The notes under the pieces: generated by a model
Seen by the model: only the letters and a program-made list of their open reading frames with translations
Database searches by the model: none
Told to the model about the DNA's origin: nothing
Shown here: positions 10,351 to 20,574 of the stretch, piece by piece
How the letters are laid out: the number at the start of each line of letters is the position of its first letter
Numbering within the stretch: position 1 is the stretch's first letter
Position numbers and translations under genes: made by a program
Source: an uncultured virus (IMG/VR IMGVR_UViG_3300018019_000008)
Taxonomy: Duplodnaviria > Heunggongvirae > Uroviricota > Caudoviricetes
Length of the DNA: 64,000 nt
IMG/VR virus record: IMGVR_UViG_3300018019_000008
Reading direction: 5' to 3' (one strand)

Positions 10351-11216
10351 ATTATGAATATGTTGAAATTAATGAGCATCTGAGCAAGCGGTTCGGCATA
10401 AATCCAATCGCTTTCCCAATAGTGAATCCATTGTGTATTTGGAAGCACGGGCAAACCGCTCAGTATTCTCGATTTGAATAGAATTGGGTCCTCGCGGGAC
10501 GTATTATCTGGGGCTTGTTCCATTATCAATTCGTCATACTCTACGCCATGTTTCTTGAGCCATTCTTCAGTTATCTTCCTATACTTTTCTATTCTGCAAG
10601 TAATAATCCAGTTTATCTTATAATGGGGAATCAAATATGGTTCGGCGTTAATCATCCAGTTAATGTAAGCTACTTCGTCATTGTCGTCAACAGGACAATT
10701 CTTGCACAATACGCCGTCCATGTCAACTGCTAAAGCAATATTCCAAAGCGGCGCATGAAGCATATTCCATTCGAACCTGTGCGGTGGCATATCTATGATT
10801 TTATAGTAACGGTCAACGTAAAGGTCAACATGGAACATAACATAAAGTGGTGCCTTTATTATTTCAAGGTCTGAATATTTGGCTTTAAGTTTCGCATAGT
10901 TCTTAAACATCGTGCCATCTGGGGGCGGCGTAGAAGCTGTATCGTCAACAAGAAGAATCCGCTTATATGAATCTGGATTTGGGGGAACAAAATTCTGATT
11001 GGTTGATTTTCTGTCGTGTATCCAGCATTTCTTTTCATCAAGAAACATATCAACAGTCGAAAGCGGTTTATCGTACTTTGTAGCAATTATACCCGCAATA
11101 GCAACTCCGCTTCTCGGAATAGCCACTACGACATCAAAATCGTTTTTCATAGTTCGGCACCAAGCAATCGTATCGGCAAGCATCATATTGAAGTTGATAT
11201 AAACCATTTTATCCAC
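10299..11216 (-). CDS. Phosphoribosyltransferase-HAD phosphatase fusion
   Basis: VVAIPRSG and ILLVDDTAS (PRT loop), then AVDMDGVLC and ITCR (HAD motifs). Confidence 0.8.
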   Translation of the reverse strand: MDKMVYINFNMMLADTIAWCRTMKNDFDVVVAIPRSGVAIAGIIATKYDKPLSTVDMFLDEKKCWIHDRKSTNQNFVPPNPDSYKRILLVDDTASTPPPDGTMFKNYAKLKAKYSDLEIIKAPLYVMFHVDLYVDRYYKIIDMPPHRFEWNMLHAPLWNIALAVDMDGVLCKNCPVDDNDEVAYINWMINAEPYLIPHYKINWIITCRIEKYRKITEEWLKKHGVEYDELIMEQAPDNTSREDPILFKSRILSGLPVLPNTQWIHYWESDWIYAEPLAQMLINFNIFIICTQNMKGLGETQWEHL

Positions 11217-14200
11217 TCATCAATCCAAATACTTCTTCACCGTAGAGAGAACTGCCTGTTGTTCTTATCATATTGCCAGACCGTAGTTTTGTAAAGGCTT
11301 TTCTAAAAGCCATATCATCGTCACATTTAACATAGTTTCTCAGTTCTTTTTCGCTCATATTGTGATTCTTGAATGCTTCAAGCATTTGGTTCATAAGGCT
11401 TGCTTGATTTGTAGCTATGCCAGTTTCTTGTTGGGAAACATCGCCGCCTAATGTATCTTTAAGGAATACATCGAATAACCGCTTAACAGCATCAACATCG
11501 GCTACTTCAGCTTCGGGTTTTAGAAGTGCTCTTGCTCGTGCAAGCGTTAACCGTTTCAAAGCCTCAAACTGTCTAAACGAGAAGGGAAGAACTTTATTGT
11601 CACTTGTATAAGTTTTCCTTACGGCAACAAAATAATTCTTCAAAGATTCTACTGCTTCTTTTGATAATGTTGGCTTAATTCTTTTAGCGTAACCAATATA
11701 TTTTCTTAAAACTTTTCGGTCTATCGGAGATTTTCTTACGCAAGTCTCCATTATGTGAGTTACAACCTTCATATCTGTCTCTTCATCTGGAATGTCAAGA
11801 ACTTTAAAAATAAGGTCAAATCTACTGAATAGACTTGGCGGAAACTTTGGAAGATTTTCAAAAACTGATTTGTGTACGTCATATCGTCCCAAACTCGGAT
11901 TTGCCGCCGCTATAACAGCCGTCCGTGCCTTCATTTGAATATGGTAACCAGCTTTGTCGATTGAGACCGTTTGTTGCTCCATCGCTTCATGAATATTAAC
12001 TCGGTCTTCATCCTTCATCTTGTCTATTTCATCTATCGCGGCTACTCCTTCATCTGCTAAAACTAAAACACCAGCAGAGATTTCCCATTCGCCGCTATCA
12101 GTATCTCTATGAAGCGCGGCAGTTAAACCAGCCGCCGTAGTTCCTCTACCCATTGCATACATTCCACGGGGAGAAAGCTCTACAGCCGAACGCAAAAGTT
12201 GACTTTTCGCCGTATTATGTACTACAATCCCATTAGCCACAAATTGATGGTATTTAGGCTCATGTATATCATACACTTTTGTATAACCAAATGGTCTAAT
12301 AACTTTTATGTGCTCCCATAGTTTATTATGAAACTTTCTTAATGGTAATATGGAAAGTAATTTTTCAAGTTTTTCTTTCTTCTTTAATGAGTTAAACCCA
12401 ATATATTTTGCATAACGAATTATTGAGTTGCTTTGACGAATTTTTAACCACTTTGTTCCGTCTGTATCTTTATCAATAATTGAGTAGATTCCAAATCGCA
12501 ATAAAAGAAGTTGAATATCACGCATAAATTGAACATCTTTATTATCCCCTTGTTTCAAAAATACACCATTTTTTCCTCTACCTTTATTTAATACATGTCC
12601 ATCACCATCAAAAAGCCAAGAGAGAGCAACTGATACCACATCATTGGATGATTTAAATAATGTATCAATCTCTTCATTAAATTTTAATGAAGCATCCTTA
12701 CTATTTAGTTCTAAATAAGATATTGGTTTTGGAATGTGAGTTTTACATCCCAAACGACCACCAAATTTAGATGTCATTCTATGGTATGTACGTGCATATC
12801 TTCCAAATTCTTTCATTAAATTTTCTTGAATTTGAGGAATTAAATCCCGTTCTTCGTTATTCACAACAAATCCAATTCTATATTTACTTTTATAACCATC
12901 AGCCATTCTATAACCAAATAATGCGGCAAGTGATTTAGATATTGGAGAAGTTTTTATATAACAAGGTATTTTTGTGACAACTCGTATTTCATCTCCTATA
13001 TTTAGTTCATCCATACGTTTCCATTGACTGTTAAATCCATCCTTTTTTTGCAAAGTTTGATTGTATGTTCCAATAAGTCTTCGTCCGCTTTCAGTAATCA
13101 TTTCATAAACTTGTTGATTATCATAAATATGAAACTCATTTGCATTACCAAATCTTCCATTACCTTTGGCAGAAAAAACCGAAATATCAATCTTCTCTAA
13201 ATGATTTTTACCAAGAGTTTCTATTTGAGGCATTATCCCATTATATAATGCAACCCTACTATCCCCAGAAATACAGGCTGGGTCGCCGACCATTAAAATA
13301 TGAATGTTGCCTCTAATCGTAATATCTTCTTTCACTTCTTCGGGAGAGCCAAAGATTGCTAAAAGAACAGCTTCCTTTTCATTTTCATGACCGCAAAGTG
13401 AGGGGGCGAGAGAATTAATCATCTTCGTATAAACATCTGGGTCAGCCGCTATTTCTTTAAATTGAACCTCTTCTTCGGGTGTAAAAACAATTGATTCTGG
13501 GTCTTTGCGTCTTTTAATGACATCCAAAACTTCTACGTAAATCACATTGAATTTGGTTTTCTGGAACTTTTGTGAGGCTGACATTGCGTTAACAACACAA
13601 ATAGCTTCTATATCATCTCCACAATTAACAAAATTCATAATGTGTTTTTTGAATGTGATACAACGCATAGGTCTTGGAATTTTATTAGATGCAATATCTT
13701 CATATGATTCTTGAATAGTAAACTCTTGACTGTCTTCCAACTTACTCAATTGCGGTATTGGTTCCCATGTAGTTCTATCATCGCATTTATCGCATTTCGG
13801 CATGGGTTTAGTCAAAAGCCACGGATTTTCCTGAATTATAGGTGGGGATTCTGTCCCGCACATAATACACTTAAAAACACATTCTACATACATGGGATGA
13901 ATCGGGGCTGTTTTGTTAACGAGACCATGAACCTTAATGATTTTTCCAATATCCTTCGCGCCAATATCATGAACCAAAGTTAATGGTAACGTTCCAGTTA
14001 TACTTACAATAAGAGGGTCAATTTGAAAATTAACGTATTCCGTAACGGCAAGTTCGAGAGCCGCCAATCCCCAATTTGAGGCATGTTCAATCAAATCTTG
14101 AGCGATTACTGATTGAAAAGCAGTCAAATCATTTAAGTTAATAAGAATGTTCTTTGTTTTACCAGAAATAAAGTCATCAATAGGTTTTTTACCTTGTGGC

Positions 14201-14271
14201 GTATCAAAAAACTTTGTCAATGAACCTTTCAAGTTTTCTTTCTCATTTGTATATGATGGCATATTAATCAC
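11209..14271 (-). CDS. mcm: MCM replicative helicase with intein
   Basis: Zn finger, RGNIHILMVGDP|intein|TAKSQLL, IDEIDKM, AAANP, SRFDL. Confidence 0.95.
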   Translation of the reverse strand: MINMPSYTNEKENLKGSLTKFFDTPQGKKPIDDFISGKTKNILINLNDLTAFQSVIAQDLIEHASNWGLAALELAVTEYVNFQIDPLIVSITGTLPLTLVHDIGAKDIGKIIKVHGLVNKTAPIHPMYVECVFKCIMCGTESPPIIQENPWLLTKPMPKCDKCDDRTTWEPIPQLSKLEDSQEFTIQESYEDIASNKIPRPMRCITFKKHIMNFVNCGDDIEAICVVNAMSASQKFQKTKFNVIYVEVLDVIKRRKDPESIVFTPEEEVQFKEIAADPDVYTKMINSLAPSLCGHENEKEAVLLAIFGSPEEVKEDITIRGNIHILMVGDPACISGDSRVALYNGIMPQIETLGKNHLEKIDISVFSAKGNGRFGNANEFHIYDNQQVYEMITESGRRLIGTYNQTLQKKDGFNSQWKRMDELNIGDEIRVVTKIPCYIKTSPISKSLAALFGYRMADGYKSKYRIGFVVNNEERDLIPQIQENLMKEFGRYARTYHRMTSKFGGRLGCKTHIPKPISYLELNSKDASLKFNEEIDTLFKSSNDVVSVALSWLFDGDGHVLNKGRGKNGVFLKQGDNKDVQFMRDIQLLLLRFGIYSIIDKDTDGTKWLKIRQSNSIIRYAKYIGFNSLKKKEKLEKLLSILPLRKFHNKLWEHIKVIRPFGYTKVYDIHEPKYHQFVANGIVVHNTAKSQLLRSAVELSPRGMYAMGRGTTAAGLTAALHRDTDSGEWEISAGVLVLADEGVAAIDEIDKMKDEDRVNIHEAMEQQTVSIDKAGYHIQMKARTAVIAAANPSLGRYDVHKSVFENLPKFPPSLFSRFDLIFKVLDIPDEETDMKVVTHIMETCVRKSPIDRKVLRKYIGYAKRIKPTLSKEAVESLKNYFVAVRKTYTSDNKVLPFSFRQFEALKRLTLARARALLKPEAEVADVDAVKRLFDVFLKDTLGGDVSQQETGIATNQASLMNQMLEAFKNHNMSEKELRNYVKCDDDMAFRKAFTKLRSGNMIRTTGSSLYGEEVFGLMSG
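12214..13275 (-). mobile_element. Intein (354 aa) with LAGLIDADG endonuclease, inserted in the MCM Walker A motif
   Basis: Starts CISGDS, ends FVANGIVVHN before Thr; contains LFGYRMADG and LSWLFDGDG. Confidence 0.93.
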
Positions 14272-14291
14272 TAAAGGTTATCTTTAAACTA

Positions 14292-14308
14292 CTATATAAA
14301 CCTTATGG
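14292..14308 (-). promoter_or_regulatory. Archaeal BRE-TATA promoter of mcm
   Basis: CCATAAGGTTTATATAG on the minus strand, matching the motif repeated before many genes. Confidence 0.8.
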
Positions 14309-14312
14309 GGCG

Positions 14313-14328
14313 TTAATCAGATGATTAA
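14313..14328. promoter_or_regulatory. Palindromic operator-like site
   Basis: TTAATCAGATGATTAA, just upstream of the mcm BRE. Confidence 0.7.
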
Positions 14329-15281
14329 TTATCGTCAGTTTCGTCCAATATCGTCAGCGTCTCTAATGCGGCTAATCTTCGAGACAACGGACGCGAAAGA
14401 GTTACTAAGCGAGCGGCTGGAAACGCATAAGATTCTTCGATAACTGTCTTTAATGGTTCCATAGAAAAGGGATTTGATTGTTCGATTGCAATATTAAGCG
14501 GGCTACTATTAAATTCTTCTGGATTATTTATCAAAAAGGAAGCTGGATATAAATGGTGAGCAATCCAACCTGTAAATAGCGAAGGATAAGATTCAAACTC
14601 GAAATCCGTTCTTATCGGAAGTGCCAATAGTCCAATAGAAAATGAATAAGAACGCTCTATAGGAACAGATAACCGTATTGTGGAGAATTTATCACCCTTT
14701 GGTATTGTTATCTGTAGCGATGCAAATTCTATATCAAAATTTGCTTCAGTAAAGCAACTTAATTCTTCTGTCTCTATAATTTCTTGGTAAAGTGATGATA
14801 CTACAAGTGGGTCAACAATCATTTCTAAACAACTATCTTCACTCGCCTTTAGGTCAAGTTCGTACACATTAAACACGTAAAAGTGGTCTATATATTCCAC
14901 ACGAACTTCAGGATACTCTATTTCTATTGGATGCCCGCCACCTATAGTTATTGTAATTGCCTTCAAAATAACGTCAATTGCATAAGGAAGTGAGATATTT
15001 TCTTTTTCCAACAATACACCTAAATCGTATATTGGATAAGCATATCTTTGCAATAAAACGTCAATAGAATATGGCTTTCTAACACCAAGTTTTTCCAATA
15101 AAACATCTAATTGGGTTGGAGCGGTTATGTTGAGACGCTTGAACAAAACACTAAATTGGTCAGTTTCGCGGTTGCCCAACTTTGCAAATATTGAATCTAT
15201 AGTGTCTGTTTTCGTGATATTAAGTCGTTTAATTAAAACATCTATCTGTTCTGTCTTGGTTATTACAGTTTTCTTTTCAAT
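14325..15281 (-). CDS. Repeat-containing probable virion protein; frame extends upstream of the ORF-track start (15179) to ATT 15281
   Basis: About 15-aa repeats (VL[FLI]K[KR]L[NG]IT.T[DE].I) shared with 50902..54264. Confidence 0.6.
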   Translation of the reverse strand: MEKKTVITKTEQIDVLIKRLNITKTDTIDSIFAKLGNRETDQFSVLFKRLNITAPTQLDVLLEKLGVRKPYSIDVLLQRYAYPIYDLGVLLEKENISLPYAIDVILKAITITIGGGHPIEIEYPEVRVEYIDHFYVFNVYELDLKASEDSCLEMIVDPLVVSSLYQEIIETEELSCFTEANFDIEFASLQITIPKGDKFSTIRLSVPIERSYSFSIGLLALPIRTDFEFESYPSLFTGWIAHHLYPASFLINNPEEFNSSPLNIAIEQSNPFSMEPLKTVIEESYAFPAARLVTLSRPLSRRLAALETLTILDETDDN

Positions 15282-15352
15282 AAATCATGCTTCTCTTTTA
15301 TATAACAGAACAACTTGTTAATAAATCTTTCGGTTCGATTTAACACAAAAAG

Positions 15353-16072
15353 TTATAAATCACTATGTAATATAAACTCGCCGTTCTCTCGTATGAACAT
15401 AAGCTGTTTAACGTTCTTATTATCAATGGTTGTCTGATAGCCTATTATGTACGTTAACAAATGGTTTGAGTCTTCGGACACTTTTATCTGCCACGGATGT
15501 TCTTTTTGGCATTTTACACAGAATCGATAAACTTCATTGGACGGCAGTAAATTAGATGGTCGCCCACCTATCTGTAAACGTGTTTTACAATCAGGACAGA
15601 ACAATGAATTATAAGTTTTACATTTCGGGCATTGCGCGACTTCTTTAGGTTTTCCATCAAGCTCGTCTATGACCGTATCTCCATGTATCGGAAGACCAGA
15701 ATCACCGATTGTACCTTCTGGGTATCCCTTCATGGCTTGCCAAACATACCCGCAATTTTCGCATATGTAGAAGGAAAAGAAATTAATAAAATTTCTTCTA
15801 ATGTTAATAAGACGCTGACCCTTTTCCAGCTTCAATATGAAAAACGGCAGATTTTCAGCCTGACGAACAACTATTGCTTTAGCTAAATCGTTAACTTTTG
15901 ATGTTAAATCGGCAGAAAGTGGAAAAAGCCCAAATTTTTGAAGTTTATCTTGGTCGATGTCTTTGAAGAAATTCTCTTTACCAGTTTCTATGTCAAATTG
16001 TGGAAGGCAAGTACCATCATCATAAAATGCTATCCAAAAGAAAACTAGCGGATGAAGCTGTTCATACGGCAT
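15353..16072 (-). CDS. Hypothetical protein with an inserted Zn-binding region
   Basis: Four CxxC pairs; own promoter at ~16103-16120. Confidence 0.55.
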   Translation of the reverse strand: MPYEQLHPLVFFWIAFYDDGTCLPQFDIETGKENFFKDIDQDKLQKFGLFPLSADLTSKVNDLAKAIVVRQAENLPFFILKLEKGQRLINIRRNFINFFSFYICENCGYVWQAMKGYPEGTIGDSGLPIHGDTVIDELDGKPKEVAQCPKCKTYNSLFCPDCKTRLQIGGRPSNLLPSNEVYRFCVKCQKEHPWQIKVSEDSNHLLTYIIGYQTTIDNKNVKQLMFIRENGEFILHSDL

Positions 16073-16186
16073 ATCATATCACAGATAACAAAGAGGGAAA
16101 CTACTATTTAAATGTTATGGAAAAAAAGAGTGTCGCCCATTTGATTGGGACTTAACTGTGAGATGTGATTCCCGACAGGCATATTT

Positions 16187-16855
16187 TTAGCTTTCATCAT
16201 ATTGCCATGTGAGAGTTTTCGATGCTTGAGTGCCCTGAGTTGCTGTGGTATCTACCTTCACCTGAAGGACTATTTCATAGCATGTTGCTGGTGAGCTTAA
16301 TGTGTAAGGTCCAGAATCTATTAACGCTGGCAATACGCTTGTATCTGCATTTAAGTCTGCTACACCGTCTCCCGCCGCTTGGAAGTATGGATGACCCTTA
16401 GTTGAGTCGTTGATTGGGTCTCCACCTATACCAATTGCCGCACCCGCTCCGAGTGCTGTTGCTTGTGCATAGTTAGCCGCTGGACAACCTTGAGGTACAC
16501 TAGCCTTAGAACCGTTCTTTGCTCCACGAGACATTTGACCGTTAGTTCCGAAAGTCCACGAACCAGTAATGTCGCCGTTTGAATAGTGCTTTATGTTCGA
16601 TATAATTTCTGCACCTGAACCACCAGTTGTAAAAAGTACATCTACACTCTTCCAAAAGCTATAGTTAGTTGGTCCGCCTTTATATCCAGCAGTTGCATTT
16701 GCGGGTATGATAACTGGATAAGTAGTCTGTGGGGGATTAGCTGTAGTCTGGTCAATAGTAAATAATCGTATTGCATTGTTCAATATGTTTGTGGCTACTC
16801 CCGCGCCTGAGCCTGTTACTTCCTGAATTGTTGCTGTTGCAACCATATTAATCAT
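16187..16855 (-). CDS. Probable virion structural protein (Gly/Ala/Thr-rich, beta-rich)
   Basis: Composition; shares its promoter and palindrome architecture with the capsid gene. Confidence 0.55.
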   Translation of the reverse strand: MINMVATATIQEVTGSGAGVATNILNNAIRLFTIDQTTANPPQTTYPVIIPANATAGYKGGPTNYSFWKSVDVLFTTGGSGAEIISNIKHYSNGDITGSWTFGTNGQMSRGAKNGSKASVPQGCPAANYAQATALGAGAAIGIGGDPINDSTKGHPYFQAAGDGVADLNADTSVLPALIDSGPYTLSSPATCYEIVLQVKVDTTATQGTQASKTLTWQYDES

Positions 16856-16863
16856 CTGATTAA
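16848..16863. promoter_or_regulatory. Palindromic operator-like site
   Basis: TTAATCATCTGATTAA, about 17 bp downstream of the TATA of the promoter at 16879-16895. Confidence 0.7.
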
Positions 16864-16917
16864 TTATATGCTAAACTAGTATTTAAATCTTATGGGTTAG
16901 AAAATGTAAAAAGGGGT

Positions 16918-17301
16918 TTATGCTATGAATTTATAGATATAGTATCCTTCTATGTTGATTTTGCCCGCTGGGATAACATCGGTTTCCGCTGGCTTGCTTG
17001 GAACAGGAAAAACTAACTTTACATTTATTGGTCGTTGAGGATAAATCCACGCAGAAGAAAGCAATATTTGAACACGCGGGTCTGAAAAAGACATGCTTGT
17101 TATGCCATAGTCGTATGGTGAAGGGTTCTTAATCCAAACTTCAGCCGTTGCACTTTCGCCAGCTTTAGCACAGTTAGGAATGACTTTTATAGTGCCATCT
17201 ACGAGCGTCATTTTTACAGAGTTATTCCATCCGATAGTTGAAATTTGTTGGGTACATGCGGGGTCCGCATAAATTTTTAATGGACTAATGGGCGTACTCA
17301 T
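16918..17301 (-). CDS. Ig-like beta-sandwich protein
   Basis: IYADPACTQQISTIGW...GESATAEVWIKNP pattern. Confidence 0.45.
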   Translation of the reverse strand: MSTPISPLKIYADPACTQQISTIGWNNSVKMTLVDGTIKVIPNCAKAGESATAEVWIKNPSPYDYGITSMSFSDPRVQILLSSAWIYPQRPINVKLVFPVPSKPAETDVIPAGKINIEGYYIYKFIA

Positions 17302-19907
17302 TCATTTGCACCAGCTTTTTTCTCAATTTCACCTAACGTGTTATCAAGAAGTTTCTTTTTCTTTTCTCGAAGTTCGTCATCGGCTTTCTTTTTCTCTGGG
17401 TCTTCCTTTATGGTAATGTCTGTTTTGATTGGTTCTGCCTTAACTGTAATTTCTAGTTTTTGGGTTGGTTGTGCGGATTCGATTTCTTCCTCTTCACTTT
17501 CACCAACTTCTTTGTGCTCTACAACGTCATCGGGGTCTTTTACACCTACTCGTTTAGAAACCTCTGCTTCTAATTTTCTGCAATCGCGTTCGTAAACCTC
17601 TGGGTTTAATCCGAGATTTGTTGCAACTTCGTCTTCTAAGTCTGTAGCCATTTTCTCAGCTTTTTCGAACGACATATGTAACTCAAATTCTGCTATCCAT
17701 TGGAAGATTTCGTGAGCGATTATTGGCTTATAATATTTTGATGGAACAACTTCATCAATGTAAATCTTAGAGAGGTCTTTGTTATATCTTGCAATATCTC
17801 CCGATTCGCCTGAAAGTTGTGTAATCACTATTTGAATTGGGCTAAATTCATTTGAACCAGCCGATGCAGTTGAGGCAAATGGATTAGCAATCATAAAATT
17901 ACTACCAGTTTGTTGTGGAGATGCTGGAACTGACTCTTCTACTGCCAAAGTTTCTGCTATTCTATTGGTTATCAAAGATTCCTGTATGTTTTTTGCCTCT
18001 TTTGGTTTTCTTGTAGTTCCTCTTGGGTTATTTCCTTTTTTTCCAGTTTTACTTGTACTATTTTGAATTTTTTTCTGTTGCTTATCTGAGCTTGGTGGGT
18101 TTGGTGGTCCCATTGTCTTTGGTTGCTGTGTCGTATTTGGTTGACCGTTTCCATTGCCGCCGTTTCCATTTGGCGGTGGTGTTGTTGTGCCATGATTCTT
18201 TAAATTCTCAAGTTGAGCTTTTGTTGTTGCGTCTGCTAAATCCTTTTGTTGTTTCTTTTGGTCATTTAATTCTTTCATGAATTCCTGTTGAGTTGGAAGG
18301 TCAACTTCCCATCCTCTTGTAGCTATAATATCGCGCTCAACTTCCAATTTTGTTTGTGGCATTACGGGGTTAGCCGCGTTAAGTATAGCTATGTCAAGAT
18401 TCAAACGGTCTGCTGGATTAAGCAAATCTTCTGTCTTAACCCGAAGTTTAGGAATCCATTGTGGGTCCATATAGCCGCCTTGTTTAGTTATTTTTGCTCC
18501 ATGAGTTGTCCAAATCTGAAGACGCACAAGTTGTGTTCTTATTTGGTTCATAAGTTCTTCTTTCATTCTCAAATGGGTAAAGTAAGGATATTCTGTTACG
18601 TTTCTTGCTTCACGAGTATCTAAGCCCATAACTGATGGGTTAACGTGCATTATACCAGCGATTATTCTCAAGAAATAGTTTATGGCATTCTGAGCTTCGA
18701 AAACATTTCCACCAGCTTCTTTTAAGTCAAAGCCCGCTGGAACTGGAATTGTTGACCAGTTTTTCTCGGATGCATCTTTAATTTGTGAAAGTAAGTTTCT
18801 AATATGTATCGCGCCCCACGGACGTTGTGGGCTTCCACAGATAATGAAGTATTTCTTATTACCCGCTCGGTAGATTCCTTCACCAACTGCATTCATTATT
18901 TTTTCAAGTAATTGAGCAGTCTTTAAAGCTGGAAGAATTATACTTGGACCTTTTTCTAACCAAGTTCTACGCGACATTGAAAGTGTAAACATCTGCCACG
19001 GAAGGAAATAAGCAGATGGTTTTCCTTGAGTCGATGATTTGGCACCGCCGCCAGCCATTGTTGAAGTTACTAAATCTTGGGTTGTTAATTGCATAGCTGG
19101 ACCTTGAGTTACGTTTTTCTGAGCGGCTGATGTCATTCCCGCTTGTGCGCCAGCAACGTTAGGTTGGTCAAGAACCCAATAATCGGCTTCCCAAGTGTTG
19201 TTTCGTCTGTAAAGTTTAAGACGTGTTGGTGAGTCAAGAATTATTTTTAGTCTGGCAACACCCCCAAGAGTTTTCCAATCAGGGTCTTTTATATCATAAG
19301 AACTATAATCTGTTTTTGCTAATTTACCACTTTCTTGAGACATCATTGAAGTAGTTAATGGTTTTGCGTATTTATCAAAAAGATTGCCAGATTCTCCCGA
19401 ATAAACTATTTCGGCGGCGGCAAATCCTTCAGTAAGGGCGTTATCAACCATAATATCCAACAGATGGTTTAAACCAACTGTGTAAGCATCTTGATAAACG
19501 CTGTCCATCCAATCTCTTATTTCTTGTTGGAGGTTTACCTGTTTCTCATCGTTAATGTCATTAATCATAACATCAAAACCGCTTCCCATAATGAGGTCTT
19601 TGATGTATTCTACGCAAGCGGCTATTGGACCAAATCTTTCCCGTAATCGGCGGCATTCAGCCAAATCGTCCACTTTATCGCCCAGAGGTTTAAAAAGTTG
19701 CCCCTGTTCAACTTTAAATGCGCTATCTCCTGACTCGCTGATTACCACGAATCCATCGTGAAAAGTTTCTTCTAAAATTTCTTCTTTGCTTTTACCTGTA
19801 CGTTCTGACTCCGAAAGAACATAATTGCTAAGGTCTTTAGGAGCAAAATATTGTGGATGTCGTTTAGGCTTTCTTGGAGTCTTTACTCTTGTACTCAATA
19901 TTATCAC
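17298..19907 (-). CDS. Portal protein with a long C-terminal extension
   Basis: Portal-like pattern (ACVEYIKDLIMGSGF, DNALTEGFAAAEIV, GPSIILPA, IAGIMHVNPSVMG) followed by a low-complexity Q/N/P/K region. Confidence 0.7.
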   Translation of the reverse strand: MIILSTRVKTPRKPKRHPQYFAPKDLSNYVLSESERTGKSKEEILEETFHDGFVVISESGDSAFKVEQGQLFKPLGDKVDDLAECRRLRERFGPIAACVEYIKDLIMGSGFDVMINDINDEKQVNLQQEIRDWMDSVYQDAYTVGLNHLLDIMVDNALTEGFAAAEIVYSGESGNLFDKYAKPLTTSMMSQESGKLAKTDYSSYDIKDPDWKTLGGVARLKIILDSPTRLKLYRRNNTWEADYWVLDQPNVAGAQAGMTSAAQKNVTQGPAMQLTTQDLVTSTMAGGGAKSSTQGKPSAYFLPWQMFTLSMSRRTWLEKGPSIILPALKTAQLLEKIMNAVGEGIYRAGNKKYFIICGSPQRPWGAIHIRNLLSQIKDASEKNWSTIPVPAGFDLKEAGGNVFEAQNAINYFLRIIAGIMHVNPSVMGLDTREARNVTEYPYFTHLRMKEELMNQIRTQLVRLQIWTTHGAKITKQGGYMDPQWIPKLRVKTEDLLNPADRLNLDIAILNAANPVMPQTKLEVERDIIATRGWEVDLPTQQEFMKELNDQKKQQKDLADATTKAQLENLKNHGTTTPPPNGNGGNGNGQPNTTQQPKTMGPPNPPSSDKQQKKIQNSTSKTGKKGNNPRGTTRKPKEAKNIQESLITNRIAETLAVEESVPASPQQTGSNFMIANPFASTASAGSNEFSPIQIVITQLSGESGDIARYNKDLSKIYIDEVVPSKYYKPIIAHEIFQWIAEFELHMSFEKAEKMATDLEDEVATNLGLNPEVYERDCRKLEAEVSKRVGVKDPDDVVEHKEVGESEEEEIESAQPTQKLEITVKAEPIKTDITIKEDPEKKKADDELREKKKKLLDNTLGEIEKKAGANE

Positions 19908-20006
19908 GTCTAATAGATATACAACAACCTACTATTTAAATGTTATGGCAAATGTAATACAAGGTCAATAATTGGTCAAAAACAGAGTAAAAATAGGGTA
20001 AAAAGA

Positions 20007-20504
20007 CTAGATTTTTAAGGGTTTTGGTTGCAATGCTTTTACGACATCTTGCCAAGTTGCATATGAATATCGTCCATATGGGTCTGGAAGAGTTATCTTT
20101 CTTGGAAGGTCATATAGCTCTATCATTTCTTGCTTATCATTTAGGAATGTGAGTGGCAATCTACCTTCTTGAATCCAAAGGATAGTCTGATACGCGCAAC
20201 AAAGATTCCAAATTCCAGCAATCAAATGATTTTCATCATTCATGCCAACAACAACCTGAGCGGCATGGCGTATTCCAGAATCTAAAAATGAACTAACGTT
20301 AATGCCTTTTTCCCAATTTCTCGGACCGTACTTTTCACAACCTCTCTGGTAATGGATTGCTAAAGCTCTGATTACATCCCACGGAAGCAAATCAAATCTG
20401 CCTTTATTTGGTATAACGTCTCTAACCGCACCTGTTCCAAAACTTCGGCGGTCACCAGAATCTTTAATTAAATAACTGTTGGTTTCTGGCATATATACCA
20501 TCAC
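20007..20504 (-). CDS. dATP/dGTP diphosphohydrolase-domain protein (DUF5664-like)
   Basis: DSG.RRSFGTGAVRD...KGRFDLLP...G..KYG.RNWEKG...RH...ENHL. Confidence 0.85.
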   Translation of the reverse strand: MMVYMPETNSYLIKDSGDRRSFGTGAVRDVIPNKGRFDLLPWDVIRALAIHYQRGCEKYGPRNWEKGINVSSFLDSGIRHAAQVVVGMNDENHLIAGIWNLCCAYQTILWIQEGRLPLTFLNDKQEMIELYDLPRKITLPDPYGRYSYATWQDVVKALQPKPLKI

Positions 20505-20574
20505 ATTGAGGGCATTTTACTTTTGGCTTCAAAATACCCTTATATCTGGGGTGAATCTTACATTTTTCAGACAT
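20464..20574 (-). CDS. Small Zn-binding peptide (36 aa)
   Basis: Manual translation MSEKCKIHPRYKGILKPKVKCPQCDGIYARNQQLFN (CxxH and CxxC). Confidence 0.45.
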   Translation of the reverse strand: MSEKCKIHPRYKGILKPKVKCPQCDGIYARNQQLFN

